Positions 13,876 through 28,177 of a stretch of 64,000 nt of DNA are shown one piece after another. The notes beneath the pieces are model-generated. The model ran no database searches. It saw nothing but the letters and a program-made list of their open reading frames with translations, and was not told where the DNA came from. The position numbers and the translations under genes were made by a program. The stretch covers positions 112,073 through 176,072 of the forward strand of contig NW_018406394.1 of NCBI RefSeq assembly GCF_002113885.1, read 5' to 3'. Source of the stretch: Mizuhopecten yessoensis (taxonomy: Eukaryota). The stretch's first letter is position 1, and each line of letters begins with the position of its first letter.

Positions 13876-15994
13876 TTATGTTTAGTACTCCAACTTTATC
13901 ACGACTCTGTCCTCAGCTTAATTAATGATAATGGTTTTAAAACGCAAGAAATCTTTCTAGTTAGCAATAATTAATAAACATTATTCGGGACAAGTATATT
14001 ACAATTACAAACTGGGGAAGAAGTTTAAGTCAGTCTTTTGTTTATCAAAAATCGGAAATAAAAGTGTCGAACAAAAATCTTCGGAGTGAGAAACTAATCA
14101 CAAAATCGATCCCCAGTGATGGCTTACACTGTCTGTTTCCTCCTTTTAGCTTTGATTGTTTATAAACATAACCTACCAGTAGTTTCCTTTTATATTGTGT
14201 TAAGAGCGATCGCATTTTAAATCTGTAACCCCCCGCCCAAGAAAAAAAAAGTAGCATACGTGGCACACATTTTCAGGTCTCAATAAACGATACGAAATGC
14301 TTCCGAAAACCTAATAACACTACTGGTATATTGTATTTGTAAAAGTACTATATCATGAATTTTATATGGAATATAACAGTTTTTGTCATAATACTGACGC
14401 CCGGTTTTCAACTAAGTATACCACTTATATATACACTATACCTTGGCTTTATTATTGATGTTTGTGCTGCCCTACTCAATGTATATGCAAAAAGTAGCGC
14501 CATTATCACAGGTAAGCGTGACGAAAGCACCGACATGTCCATGCCGTGCATGATGCTGCCGCCAAGAGACAAGGTGACCACACCGTTGGCGACTATGACG
14601 TTCCGTGCAAGGGTGTTCAGGCAATTTTAAACGATGACGTCAAACACGAAGGTCTCGTCGGCAACGTTTATGAAAACACGCGCATGAGCTCCAAGGTGCC
14701 ATACCTAACTTAATGATACGTAACGCACCAACCTCCATTATGATAACGCCACGCGCCAAGCGGCACACTTTTATCTAACTGTATTTGGCTGTCCATGTGA
14801 TATTCATTGATATGTATATACAGTATTGAGCAATATTCACCCAAGTTTCGATTTCAATAACCTATTATGCTACAATCAGCATTAAATGAATTTCTATCAT
14901 TGGAATTCAGTACAACAAATGGTTGCCGTGGCAAGGAATTTATCGGAGATTACACCTGATGCTGACACCGCTGATTGTAAAGCGTTTTTACCTTGGTTCT
15001 CCTGCTGTTAAACATGCTGAATATTTATTGAATTATCTTTTTAGATTTTGTTAATTAAATTCGCAAAACACTAACTTCTGCTCGGCGTCGTATATCGTTT
15101 GTGTTTTAATTGTGTCCCAATTGTTGAAAGTAGCAAAAATATCAATACGATGGCCTTGCTTTGGGCGTGTAATTAAACTGACATCACTTATATCTGGTAT
15201 GCCCTCAGTTGTACTCTCGAGTTTCCCAGATGTTTATTTGTTTGATTAATCAAATAACTTAATTGCGTTGTTTGATATACAGCCATTCTGTAGCACATGG
15301 CGCTAAGGCAATATGACGGCCATTGCCACATATGCAGTCATATGCAAAACATTAAAACTTGGCAGAACGAACCTGTTATTACTATATTGAGATTTATTGT
15401 CAGTATTTCCATGAAGTGATAGAATCAGAATGAAAATATAGGGCTTGTGATAATTATGTATTTAACAAAACACTTTGCATTTGTTACAGAAAGCTGACAA
15501 TCAGATCATTAGTGGCACGTGGGCGTGAGGGTATTCGATAGTCGTAGACACATTTACCGACACACACTTTCATCATAAGCATAATTATGATCGTTATCAT
15601 GATATTGGAATCAAAACCAAGATGGAATCACGGATATATATTTTCGAACATTGTCTTTGCTTTAAGTTCGCGCCTTACAGTTCTTTAGGAAATTTATTTT
15701 TAATACTGTTACTGATTTAGTTCTGCAAAGCCTATTCAGTTTCATTTTTTTTTTGAAATCACATGTAAATACATGTTATTGTCTAAAAAAAAAAAAAAAA
15801 AAAATGTTCTCGATTACCCTGTCACACGTGCAGAAATGAACGATTACTTTTTTTTGGCGAAGCAAAATGGTTTCATAGTTTTTTCTCCAACATTTTTCAT
15901 TCTTTAAAAAAAGTCAAATGTAATACTTTTGTCCAAACCTCGGTTGTGAGTATTTAAAAAAAAAACTGACTCTTATGTATGTTTAACTACGAAA

Positions 15995-17600
15995 AATCAT
16001 TTGTGTTTAATATTTCCAAATGTGGAACACAAAACCTGTAGTATACTTAGTACTGACAAGACGTGCAGCAAATCCCTCACAAATAAAAAGGATCGCACAA
16101 GGAGCTTTGCACCAGTGAACTGTAAAACCTCCAATGTTGTGTATGGTATTGAATGTGCTCTCCGTGGTTTGGCATGTTGGTGTGTAAAAAGACGTTTGTG
16201 ACATCGAATAAGTGTCCATCGTTCGGCAGTAAATCGTGGAGAAAACCAATGCTTATATAAACGTTTTAACCTCACTGACAGTTCTATTATGTCTATGACA
16301 ATTCGTTTGTTGGAAAACAATAACAACCTAACCAATAACCATACACTGAGTATTCCTACCGCAGACAACGAGAGGAGCATTACATACGGCACCTTTGCAT
16401 GGTTACACACAAACGGCGAAACGAGAGCGTGCTGAGTCGGGCTCATCTTCAGAGTGGGTCGCACCCGTCAGGCTCATCATTCAAAATAAATAAGACGTTT
16501 GAAATCTAAAGTTAAAACAAGACATAAGTCTGTATTTCTTGACCTCGATGTCCAAGCCACACTCAGCGATCTGCATGATGGGTATGTAGTTGTGGCTGCA
16601 GACACAAAGTTTCTAATAACTTAATCTGTGATGCGATTACGGTACCAGCTTGCAGCAAATATAGGCTTTCTACATAACCAAAGAAGCCCTACCTACGAAA
16701 TACTAGCAGATAACGCTACTTTATAACAATCAAATTGAATACCTCCTAATGATCAAGATTCGGACTTGTCTTTTTTGTATTTGATTCCAAAACTTCACAA
16801 GAACTCGTATAAAGATAATTTTATCGATGGCTTTTCTGGTTGCTCAACTAAGCTACTAACCAAACTTCTGACTACCATTCTCATACCATAAAATCAGGGC
16901 TAAAGTGTATTGCATACGGCGTACTTATGAAGTGGAATAAATGAAATGTGGATTTTGAAGAATTCAAAACTACTTTTGATCAATCTAGACGATCATCTTC
17001 TTAAAAATATTTCTTCCGTAAAAACTTTTGACCTTTTACTCTATCATGCCTTATACCAAACTTCTTGTTATGTTATGAGAGCTTCCTGTTCAAAGAAATG
17101 AGAACGGCGATATAAATATCTTTTTATAAATTATTTGAGCATATTTTATGAAAAGGAAAACAAAGGGCAAACTGAAAAATATTGCGGACGACATTGTGAG
17201 AATGATTGTGTTCCTGGTTGACAACGTCTTTATTGAGTACGATTGCAAGATTTTTCAGAAGACTGTAGGCCTCTCCTTGCCGATTAATTTTGACTTCATA
17301 AAAAACTGAATTTAGTGATAAGCTAATCAGGACTGGCGACAGTAACCTAGCAAAATCCTTCAATTTTACATTCAGATACACGTACATTGTATATCGAGGA
17401 TTTGGTTTCCTTGAACAATAAGAAATTCATTGACCACATCGGTCGTATTTACTCTTCCGGAACACCTGGACTTACTCTTCTTGTATCTTTTCAAGTACCT
17501 CCATGCAAATCTTTCTTTTATTCATATTTTGTCCTGGTTTTGATCGATTTTGAGTTCAAATAATGGTTTTGATGACACCTCAGTATTCACTTGTTTTTTT
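15995..17600 (+). mobile_element. Penelope-like element remnant with N-terminal GIY-YIG endonuclease followed by RT (Naiad/Chlamys-type order)
   Basis: CKTSNVVYGIEC...KRRL*HRISVHR (GIY-YIG) precedes LSDLHDGYVVVAAD, IPKLHKNSY, SGINEMWILKNSK, KSFNFTFRY (PLE RT). Many stops and frameshifts. Confidence 0.8.
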
Positions 17601-18184
17601 GTATGATTTGTTGTCTTCATTTTCATATGCTTCAGTAGTCACGCTATATCCTCATTTGTCGACGGTGTAAAATGAAGCATGATTAAAAGCATTATTTGAC
17701 CTTTGGATATTTATTTGAATTCTTTATATATTGTGGGATGTCATTGTACCAAACATATTATGCACTGCTTGTTCATGTAAACGGCGCACTGATAAAGCAA
17801 CAACTAGCTTCCAGTTTGCTAAAATGAATATGGCTGTCAGTCCATGCTTTTACGGCTCCATAATAAGAGACATGTCTTGGACAATTACAAATAAATTATG
17901 TCTATCTTGATTTACATATCCAATGTTTTGAATGTCCATAACACTGACTGTTGCATTGGGTAGATAGTATCAACAGTTACTCCAGCAATTTGTCAATCTG
18001 ATAAAACTAAGTCTCCATATCTCTGACTACAAAATAATGTAGGAAGATCTTAATTGGTAGACAACTGATCTTCAACTAATATTTATTTCCTTTTTGAGAA
18101 ACAGATTTTGATAAAAATCATATAATACGTCTGTTATATTTTTCTTTGTTAAAACGGAGATAGCCAATACGATTTTCACCAACA

Positions 18185-18305
18185 CGTGACAATGTATAGG
18201 ATCACTTGCCCGTTCACGCGAGTTTTTTTTCAAATCCTCCGGTTCCTTCCCATATCAAGGCGTCCGCACGCTTCTATCCATGCCAACTAGAGCGGTTAAT
18301 ATGAT
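18185..18305 (+). mobile_element. Decayed SINE fragment related to the 25648 element
   Basis: V-like TCCTCCGGTTCCTTCCC and GCTTCTATCCA-CCAAC motif shared with 25780-25800. Confidence 0.45.
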
Positions 18306-19266
18306 ACACCTGGTTCATTACTGTTGTAAAAGTAAGCTTTTAATGATCTGGTTCTCTCAGAAGGAATGCTCCGGTGCTTAAGTTTGCTATACATATCCCT
18401 AGCAGTTTTTAAGGGGACAGGTTCATTGGAAATTTTGATATCAAAAACCTGAAGAATGCTTTTGATAGGTACTTTTCAATATCAATGGAGAAATGAATTT
18501 CGACATGTGTAAAAAGTATAACAATACAGTTGCTTTCAATTGTCCTTGAATTCCTGCAAAATAACTTTGGCTGCTTCCCCAATGATAGACATTTTTAGGG
18601 TTTTATCGACATGTATAACCTTTACAAAATAGACAACACAAAATGACTTCGTATACAGCAATGTTTGGAATAATAGTACTGTTATTTCTAACGCCTGGTT
18701 GGTTTTCCGAGGATACAACTACAAAACAAAGTTTTGATTTTGTTAAATGCTTCGTAACTATCCAAAGTGAATAAGTTTTCACTAATACAATTTTTATAAA
18801 TGACTTGTTTGTGGGGTTTTACGGTAATGAAGGTAAAACTGGCTGCGCTATAGTACATGAAGCGCTCCGCAGGTTTTTGCAAAGTGCATAAAGTTTTTCC
18901 GGCAAATACGGTACAATGTACAACTTCAGAAATATTCCTGGTTATTCCTTATCAAAATTTAATGTTCATTTTTAAGAACAAAAATACTGTCGAGGTGTCT
19001 GGAATAAAAACACGTAAGTATTGGTAAATTGTTTTTCTTGCATGTCGCCAGATGTGGAAAAGACACTCAAACGAAATTACAAACTCAAAAAGCTTCCTAA
19101 ATATCTAAGGACTTTTGTTTACCAGCGTTCCTGTGGCATTTGTTTTAATTTGTTTTCTGTTCAATCTCTTTTCTTAATTAAGAAACCTGAAGTTTTTAGA
19201 TCATGTGATATCATTATTTTAACAACGTCATACAATTTATGAAAAGTGAGTTTAGTGTTAAATTGC

Positions 19267-19381
19267 CTTTATTGTTTTCCGTAGTTTGTAAACGTCTTAC
19301 TGTGTGTATTTTTTGTCATTCCCCTTTATTGTTTTTCGTAGTTGGTAAACGTCTTACTGTATGTATTTTGTGTCATTCCCC
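19267..19381. repeat. ~57-bp tandem duplication
   Basis: CCTTTATTGTTTTyCGTAGTTkGTAAACGTCTTACTGTrTGTATTTTkTGTCATTCCC occurs twice. Confidence 0.85.
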
Positions 19382-22154
19382 TGTTGGAACATGTATGATG
19401 TGACAACTGGGTAATATTTTAATATTTGACATTTGAACTCATAAGGAAAGTTTCGTATGTTTCTACTGAAGAAACGAAAATAACCTTTTGTTAAATCAAT
19501 ATCGTCTATTTATCACAAGTTTAATGTCATTATTGTCGGACTGTAGGTAAATATGAAGATATGAAACCGAGGAAAGACAATATATTTTTAAATTCTAAGT
19601 TTAAGTTTAAGAAAATGATGGATCTGGATTTTTTTTTGTTGCAGTACAATTTCCAGATCCTTGTTTGTCGTAATGTTATCTATACTGACCTATCTTTAGG
19701 AATTTGCACAATGCAATAATGAACGAAACAATTGATTGCAGATGTACCGGTTTAAAACGACCTTAACAGAAAAAGGCACATTATAGAATGGATTCGTGTT
19801 TCATTTCATACATGCTTTAACAAAAGGTATAAGTTTTCGAAAAAGAAAGGATTGATTTTAAACGGAAATAATTCGGGATGTCTGATAACATGACAAACAG
19901 ACAGTTAACGAGCCCGTTATTTCGTCTTCAAAACAATGCACAGACCATCACCCCGGGAATAGTTAACTTCATGAATTTCGATCCTTGTCTTACAGTTCTA
20001 TCTAAACTTTACCCATGCAAACATATTCCACCAGATAACTGTCGATCTTTGTCTCACCAATCACCCACAAAGAAATTTGGTGAAATTTCCATTATAAGGT
20101 CCGCCATCACAGAATAACAGAATAAAATCGAAAGGTGATGTACTGATGTCAACTGAGGTTAAAAATATGTATTCCTTTACAGATTACTAATCCCTGCTTT
20201 GATAACAACAAATGCAACTCTAAATGAACAAACAAAATTTGTATTCGTTTTATTTTCCATAACAAAACAGTTTTTGAGAACTGCTACACCATTTGCCCTA
20301 CATTGAATTGTGTACGCGTCATTGATTGTGTACGTGACGTGACATCTACCCTTTTATTATTCTGTTGTAACAGCTCGTTGCTTTACAGCATGATTGAAAG
20401 CACTTCGGTTCTCTAAAACGATGCGAGACACTCGAAATATCACGCCTGTCAAACTTAAAACATGGACTCAGTGTCTAAACACACTAGGTTTACACTCCTG
20501 AATGTGCATATTAACTCATTCGTTTTCATTTTGTAAAATATCTCAAGAACCCAAAACAGGATTGGGAGATAAAATACAAATATTTCCACAAAATTCGACT
20601 GAAGCAGATGATAAAATAGTATCTCATTACATTTTTACAAAAAACTCCGTGACAGAAATCGATGTCAGATATACTGATCGAGAACAAGGATGCCAGTTTG
20701 AGGTAAGTGGACAATTGGATTAATCAATTGAAACTAACAAACATACACACACAACAGTAAAAAAAGTCGATAGCATGATGGATTAGGCTACAGTCTCTGA
20801 TTTATAGCTATTGATCAGGGATGGATGACAGATGCGTGGGTGTCCCGTTAACAGAACGCAATCTCAGTCAGATTTTGGACAACACAATCCGCTGTCACAA
20901 TTATTTGCTTGGGTGCATTCTCTCTGTAAACCAGTTTTTGTACCGTTCGTACTGCTGATACACACAAAATAGTTTGGTCCTGTACCACAGTCGGCTGGAC
21001 ATCCAGTCAACTACAGTCGACTAGAGATTGAAGAGAAACAAAGTACCTACTAAATGGTGCTTTGCTTTCACACTCCACCAATGTCTTCCCGTCTTCACCA
21101 TGACGTCATCTGCCTTCCTATCTAAACTATGTATGTTCAATATCTATTGTTCATCCATAGTGCTGGTACACCAGTTTTAGTAACTTTGAAAGCTCCTCGT
21201 GTGTAACACATTTCTGCTCGCATTGTACAACATGTGAAATCAATCTACCTTATATCTACATATAGTTTGGTTCGGTTCCTGTATACGCTACTCTCTTAAT
21301 CGATAGCCTTGATTTGTTATATGACATCTCTCATTTTTAAAAAGACGTTTCAATGCCAAACATCACAGCTACCCCCATTGTCTTTCGTCTTGAAAATCTC
21401 CTACTATCAAATACTTAGCTAGGAAGACAAGCTAGCGATGCCTAAAACCGTTAAATGGAGAGTAAAGCAAAAGAAACTAGCCAGGGTAACAACTATAAAT
21501 AAAGATGTAAGTAAAAGCGTATTACAAAACATAAAAGTAGCGGTCCCTTTATCGATTCCGCCACCTCAATTACGGTCTTTATAACAATATAAACGTACAA
21601 TGATCTGTTTCATACATATATAACCCGGTAGACCTATGGGAATTCGCCCAGAGTAAAAAATCTTCTGTCACTTTTGATATACACTAAAGCAGTCCATAGA
21701 CAGTTTAACGGACGTGATTCATTCACAGATTGGGTTTATTTAGACAGCGGGAAAACCACAGGTCATATGTTGACACTGAAGTTATAGATGTGTCTAAATA
21801 TGGCCAGTTCTGCAGCTGAATCGATAACAGCAGAAGCCGGTAATACCGTGGATCAATTGAGGTTTCATCATTGTAATATTCCTATTTTGTTGCATGTACT
21901 CGGTAAGAATCACGGATTTACATTTAAGACATTTGCTTTCTGAAATGATATAGTTAGGCGTCGTATAGAATGGTTGTCATATACAATGTACGTTCAAGAA
22001 GCTTCCCATCAAATAGTTCTTAATTTGCTATAAGAAGAAACGCCCACTCGGATATTGTACATTAAACGTAAGAAATTCCATAAAATATTGAATGAATACC
22101 CACGTAAAGAAACGCATAAGTATTTTTTTATTAATTTCTCCGACACATATCAAC

Positions 22155-22279
22155 CTGGTGCTACATATCATACTGGTGCTACATTTCATACTGGTGCTAC
22201 ATTTCATACTGGTGCTACATTTTATACTGGTGCTACATATCATACTGGTGCTACATTTCATACTGGTGCTACATTTCAT
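22155..22279. repeat. 18-bp minisatellite, ~7 copies
   Basis: CTGGTGCTACATwTCATA repeated. Confidence 0.95.
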
Positions 22280-22329
22280 CAGCTTTCATGGATTAACATT
22301 ATGAGGTAGGGAATGCTTAGCCAAAGGAA

Positions 22330-22510
22330 GGCAAATGGTCTACTATGGTCTATTCAAGATGACCATTTTGCGAATTAGTAAATGTGAGCAGCACCATTCC
22401 TTTCCAGTTGCTGGTGTTCGTTAGATCTCCAGTCTTGGGCAGGCAGGAGGACTTTGGATGTTACTGCTTTCAGCTTCGGAGTATGCACTTGATCACCATC
22501 CCCTGCTCTT
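22330..22510 (-). mobile_element. RTE-type LINE RT fragment (decayed)
   Basis: Minus strand reads LPKTGDLTNTSNWKGMVLL, matching the LPKKGDLxxCxNWRGITLL RT motif of RTE-clade LINEs. Confidence 0.55.
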
Positions 22511-23252
22511 CAAGCTTTCCCTTTGTCTAGAGATTGGATAACATGTTTCACCTTTTTTAGAATCAATTGTTTTGTGCTGATTTATTGTGTAATATTTCCT
22601 GGATTGTTTTCGCATTAGACGCCTACCTTACATACCTGGTCTTGTTCTTCTTGTACTTGTTGAAGAGTCTATATACAAATAGACCTTCAACACTGCGTTA
22701 TTCCCTTGTGATTTGTGTTTTTGTTTTGTGTTGTTTTAGTTAGTTATGGTGGTTGTGTAATAACAGTCTTTACTGCTGAGTATTTTCCTTGTTAAGTACT
22801 CGTTCAAAATGGCCCTTTCAACAAGCTGGTACAGGACTGCGGGTCAGTTTTACGTATTCAATGTGATTCAATTTAGCTACCATTCAAACATAGAATGAAT
22901 ATTAATACATCTTATCCTGTCAATGATGTGAATGCTCTAAACTACCTTTAATAAGTATAGTTTTTAATACTTGATCACTCATCAGGCTTTTACAGAAATC
23001 AATCTCCGCTACCATTGGAGTGTTGACCGATATAATATGAGAGTGGCGCGCTAATGAACCTGTTTCTGACGTATAAATCAGAAAATCGGAGAATGATTTA
23101 TTTAGCTTCTACGTGATCAATTAAACGAGTTGACTAACCAAGTGCCATTGATTACTCAACTTTCATATGCTCGAATCATAAACACATTATACACATAACT
23201 TTCACTTTCTAGTCATTGTTTAAACTTTTAGTTTTGCTTTTTCTTTTTAATT

Positions 23253-23700
23253 TTGCTTTTGCTCGGCTACTGTTGTTGTCTGCCCTACTCCTGTTGCTTT
23301 TGTTCGGCTATTGTTGTTGTCTGCCCTACTCCTGTTGCATTTGCTCGGCTATTATTGTTGTCTGCCCTACTACTGTTGCTTTTGCTCGGCTACTGTTGTT
23401 GTCTTTCCTACTACCGTTGCTTTTGCTCGGCTACTGTTGTTGTCTGTCCTACTCCTGTTGCCTTTGCTCGGCTACTGTTGTTGTCTGTCCTACTCTTGTT
23501 GCTTTTGCTTGGCTACTGTTGTTATCTGTCCTACTCATGTTGCTTTTGCTCGGCTATTGTTGTTGTCTTCCCTACTCCTGTTGCTTTTGCTCGGCTACTG
23601 TTGTTGTCTGCACTACTCCTGTTGCTTTTGCTTGGCTACTGTTGTTGTCTGCGCTACTCCTGTTGCTTTTGCTCGGCTATTGTTGTTGTCTCCTCTACTC
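23253..23700. repeat. 41-bp minisatellite, ~11 copies
   Basis: TGCTTTTGCTCGGCTACTGTTGTTGTCTGCCCTACTCCTGT; period 41 (23255, 23296, ...). Confidence 0.95.
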
Positions 23701-23719
23701 ATGAACAAATGTGAATATA

Positions 23720-23936
23720 AAATCCCACCTGAGACCAAATCCTCATAGTTGCTTATAACCCATTTTAAAATCTCATGAAAATGCTTTTTCATGCCATATC
23801 TCATTGGGTTTAATGACGAGCGTTTTAATGACGTGCCGTCTTCTTTTTCTATCCCAGCGTAAAATTCGCCCAACCGCAGCTTGTCTAAAACTACCTTCCG
23901 AAATGTCTCAAACTCCTTCGAACGCTCTGTGACCAT
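23720..23936 (-). mobile_element. Crypton-like tyrosine-recombinase fragment (DUF3504-associated region)
   Basis: LGEFYAGIEKEDGTSLKRSSLNPMRYGMKKHF resembles the LxxFYxxxRKxDGxxYxxSSLxxIRYGLxRHF block of Crypton/ZMYM/QRICH1-type proteins. The downstream part is replaced by the 41-bp array. Confidence 0.55.
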
Positions 23937-25647
23937 TACAAAGTTTCAAAATGCAGCTATCGCTACGGAAACAACCGGTTTTGTGTTTTCTTCCCTGAAG
24001 TAGTAACTACAGTTCACCGTCGTTTGGCAAACGATACCTGTTACAAAACGCCATATTGTAAACACTATATTGAAAGGCCTCGGCGTTTAACACTTCCGGA
24101 AAGGCTACAGAAAACATTAATCGACTTTCGATGAATGCCAGTATGATAGGGCAACATTGGGGTATCTGAGTGAGGAATATTAAGCTCACGAAAGGGCAAC
24201 ATTGTATTTCTGGTTTACTCACAGACGATTTACGTTTTTTAGCGGATGACATACGTAGTTTAGAAGACCACGTGATGTTATGAAGAGAAACCAAAATTGC
24301 AAAAATCAGTTTGAGGTATGATATAATATATTTTCGGACAATATCTTGCACATAAATGTACAGATATCCAATAAATATGTAAAAATAATATACGGATACC
24401 GAACAGATAAATACACAGTTATCTACCTATCAAATACACCGAAACCATAAAAAATATATGTATTTATATCCAATAGATTAAGTATAGCAAACGAGGAATA
24501 TGTGATTTTCAGTAAACGACAACTTTGTGGTGTTAATGAAGATGAAATATAGGCGATAATCACATCAAAGGAAACTTTACAATTTTACTCGCGCTCAAGA
24601 GGGCTCAACAAAACTGACACCATTTCATGACACGCCTTTTAGTATTGGCGTTAAGTGGAAGCTATTATGACTCAATTTAAGAGCATTTTTTTGCGAAAAC
24701 AGCCATTGGATGAGTGAGTCGGTGTATTCAATATCAATAACAAGTATTATTATCAAAATGCCAATTTCATTAATAACTCGAACTGATAAAGTCCAGAAGA
24801 GGCAGTTTTCTTATGAAGTTTAAGAATATTGTGGAAAGCGTTTATTGGTGATAGTATTATGTATAATGAGGTTTGCTATTTAAATCATTCCAAAAACAAT
24901 TTCCTGCAGTTTAAAAACGTAGAATGAGCTTCTTCGAACTGAAGATTGGACACGACGCTTATGACATTTAGTAACACATTTTATTGTCTGCTCCAACCAA
25001 AGTACAGGCTGTTACTCCGAGCACTCAACATTCTGTCAGCTTACAATAGCACCGCATAAAATCTCCATTCTACAGAGCTATTAATTATGCATTTTGACTT
25101 CGGGAGGACAATTCCAATTCTGCATTGTGCATTATGATTTCATTGCAATTTTTAAAGATGTTAATACTGGTCATATTTTATACATTTCTATCAGAAAAAA
25201 TACCCAGTACTATGATGTTTGTTCAACTGGTTCTGCATTCGGATGTGAACGGAAAAGCACGTTCGCAAACACAATCCCAAACACACAGTTTGAGTGTCCT
25301 CAATTGATGTTTTCCTATGCAGTCGTGCGACGTATTCTGTGTAGGGACTTTGGCAAACACAATGGAGAGAAATAACAAGAATATGAGAGCAGGCTGTGTT
25401 ACAAAACGAAATACAGCAATAAGAGCAATTGCTCCGTTATCGTGTTTGTACCACGCAGACGACGTTGAATGTAAATAGGTGATTAGAATACAAGCTATTC
25501 TCACTATTGTACAAATCCTACGTGATATACGACGACGATTGCCATTCCATTTGCATCACTTTACTACATAGAAATCAATCGTCAGTAATTGTCTTTATAT
25601 ATACATATAAAGTGAACACATTATCAACATCAATCAAGCGTAGCAAT

Positions 25648-25820
25648 GGGGTGGTCGGGTGACGTAGTGGATAGCGCTCTCGCCATTCACCAAGACGGCC
25701 TGGGTTCGACTCCCCTATCGAATGGGAAAAGGTATGAGGTCACGTACCCGACCACGTTTCGTCTCACCTTATGACCTTGCGCTTCTATCCAAACCAACAA
25801 AAGTGTTTAATTAAGCATTG
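25648..25820 (+). mobile_element. tRNA-derived SINE (second family), internally deleted
   Basis: A-box TGACGTAGTGG and B-box GGTTCGACTCC, followed by a non-tRNA body. Confidence 0.7.
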
Positions 25821-26436
25821 AACTGCTTTTGTATGGTATTTATGATCTATTTGAATGACACAGCTTTGCAAGCAAACAACTCATAATGCGCTAGGTTGTA
25901 ACGAGATTGCTAATGTAATAAGAAATGCTATGACATTAATTGTTGCATTTACAACATTTCCTTTAAGAAATATTTCCTGGGTAAGAAATATTTGAGGAAA
26001 GGTGCCAATCATTATGCATGTATTCACGATATGAAAAGTTTACACTCGGGTGGGGTCAGAACCTGCCCCAACTGAATCCTCTGGTAAAATTTCCCTTTTC
26101 CCCATAACCGAATAGGCCATATTAGTTATTTGCCAATGTCTGATTTTATGGACATCCTGTGATAGAAGACTGTTTTGAATGGCCCCAAATGCTGGTTTTC
26201 TAATTATATACAAAATGTTGGCTAATTATGAATAGATAAATAAATAAATGAAAAATAACGATAAACACTGTGTCTTTCGTCTCCTTTCTCATTTCTAGCG
26301 GTTGAATTTGATGACTTATCAGACAATTACAGTTGGCCATTTTGTGTATTTAAGCACGTTCTTAAATATTTATGCATGCTCCTTACCATTCTCAAATATT
26401 GAGCCCGTTCTCAACTTAAAATTTGAGAATGCATAC

Positions 26437-26620
26437 TTAAGAACCTTTGAGATACACTTTTTTTAAGTATATGCTTAAAGATAAGCATATGCTTAAAGTT
26501 AAGAATTGAGAATGGTTAAGAACCTTTGAGATACACTTTTTTAAGTATATGCTTAAAGTTAAGCATATGCTTAAAGTTAAGCACTAAGAACGGGTTTAAG
26601 AAGTTTCGAGATTCCGGGGC
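26437..26620. repeat. ~80-bp duplication rich in TTAAG/CTTAA palindromic motifs (probable MITE interior)
   Basis: TTAAGAACCTTTGAGATACACTTTTTTAAGTATATGCTTAAAG.TAAGCATATGCTTAAAGTTAAG at ~26437 and ~26517. Confidence 0.6.
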
Positions 26621-26621
26621 C

Positions 26622-26740
26622 GGGTCATGTTGTCCGTTCATTGGTATCAGGCCATGTTGTCCTTTCACTGGTATCAGGTCATGTTGTCCCTTCATTGGTA
26701 TCAGGTCATGTTGTCCTTTTATTGGTATCAGGTCATGTTG
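26622..26740. repeat. 27-bp minisatellite, ~4.5 copies
   Basis: GGTCATGTTGTCCyTTCATTGGTATCA repeated. Confidence 0.9.
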
Positions 26741-28177
26741 GAATCAGTAGAAATGGACGAGCTGAAAATGCAGCAGAATCTGCGCTTACGAAACACCAAA
26801 CTAATATATAGTTTCCATACTCTGATTTCAAACCATACATATCTAATGACCTTAATTGAATCCTTTACAACATAAATAGCAAAAACGATGGACGGAGAGT
26901 ACTGATCATAAAGTTAGGAGTATACTTTATTAAAACGGAAAATACTATACTTCTACACATTCTCAACCTGTGATGACCTGACAATTAACAATTGTACATA
27001 AGTATGTGGGTTCTAAGAAATTAGTTCACGAGCATATTCCATTTTCTTTAATTTCATGCCACTGGCTCAGAAATGTAATCTCCACATACTCTAGCTTTCA
27101 AGTAGTACAATTCCTTCTCGAAACAAGAAGTTGGAACTTTCTAGTTTGCCTGAACTAAGCTAGCACTTGTCAAAATTTTCACAATATTTCACTCTTGTGG
27201 GTTAATTAAGTGATCATTTACAATCAAATATCACGTTTGTCTTGCCCTGTAATAGCACCAAAAGACGCCTGCATACATGTCTAAAATACAATCAAGCTTG
27301 GTTAACTTTTGTATGGGAATTCCGAGGCATAGGGTTTAAAACGCAAGCAACCAAGACATGGGCCTACTACGATAACACACAGTTAAATTGTTATTCGTGT
27401 CTTATGATGTTGACCGGCTTAATTATTATTGGACCAGAACCTGATTGACGTATCCAGGAAGGTAGTAAATTAGATTGATATTAAATAACGTTCTGGTGGA
27501 GAGCTGTGATGATTAGTTTAATTACAGAAGTGTCAGTTCCGGTCATTTCAGCCTTGTATAGTGGAAGATTGGGGGCATCAGTAGCCGACCTTGCCCGGAT
27601 AACTAACAGAATGAACATAACAAAGACGTTAGACCAAGAGGAGCTCCGTTCTTGCGGAAAACTCTAGTGTACTAAATATACATAGCAAACGATACATGAG
27701 AAATTAAATATTAAGTGGAACTATGAAATGAAGAACCGGGTCACCTTGTTCCACGGTGAAATTTGGCTCATTAAATACAGGATTTAACATACTTTCATGA
27801 ATCTGACAGGAGACGATTACTGTACAAATACATTGTATACATAACTTTTTTTCTGACCGTTCATGTTGTCTATGGGTAGCGATTTCACCTCTGCGTACTC
27901 TAGTACTTTCTTTTTAAAGTTAGTTTCCTAAATGCAAGTACGTGCTATAATGTGCGATAAGTATTGCAATTACTGATTGAAACTCCTTTGGTTCCACACC
28001 GTCCCGTTCACCCAATGTGACCTTTAGGTAGCGGTAGAGTGTAAACAGGAGTCCCAGACAACCTTATCTGCCCCCTGTTCTTTTCTGAGCTAGACAAGAA
28101 ATTGAAAATGCCTAGCTCTGATTTCTGAGCCGGACAATGGGCAAAATGAGAGCATACTGAGTTGGATTCACTGTTAG

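Noticed and set aside
16412-16482. Hammerhead ribozyme in the Penelope remnant
   Set aside because: GAAAC and TGA-GA-like words occur, but not on one strand in the required order with stems I-III.
23216-23748. Three overlapping Cys/Leu-rich ORFs
   Set aside because: Products of the 41-bp minisatellite.
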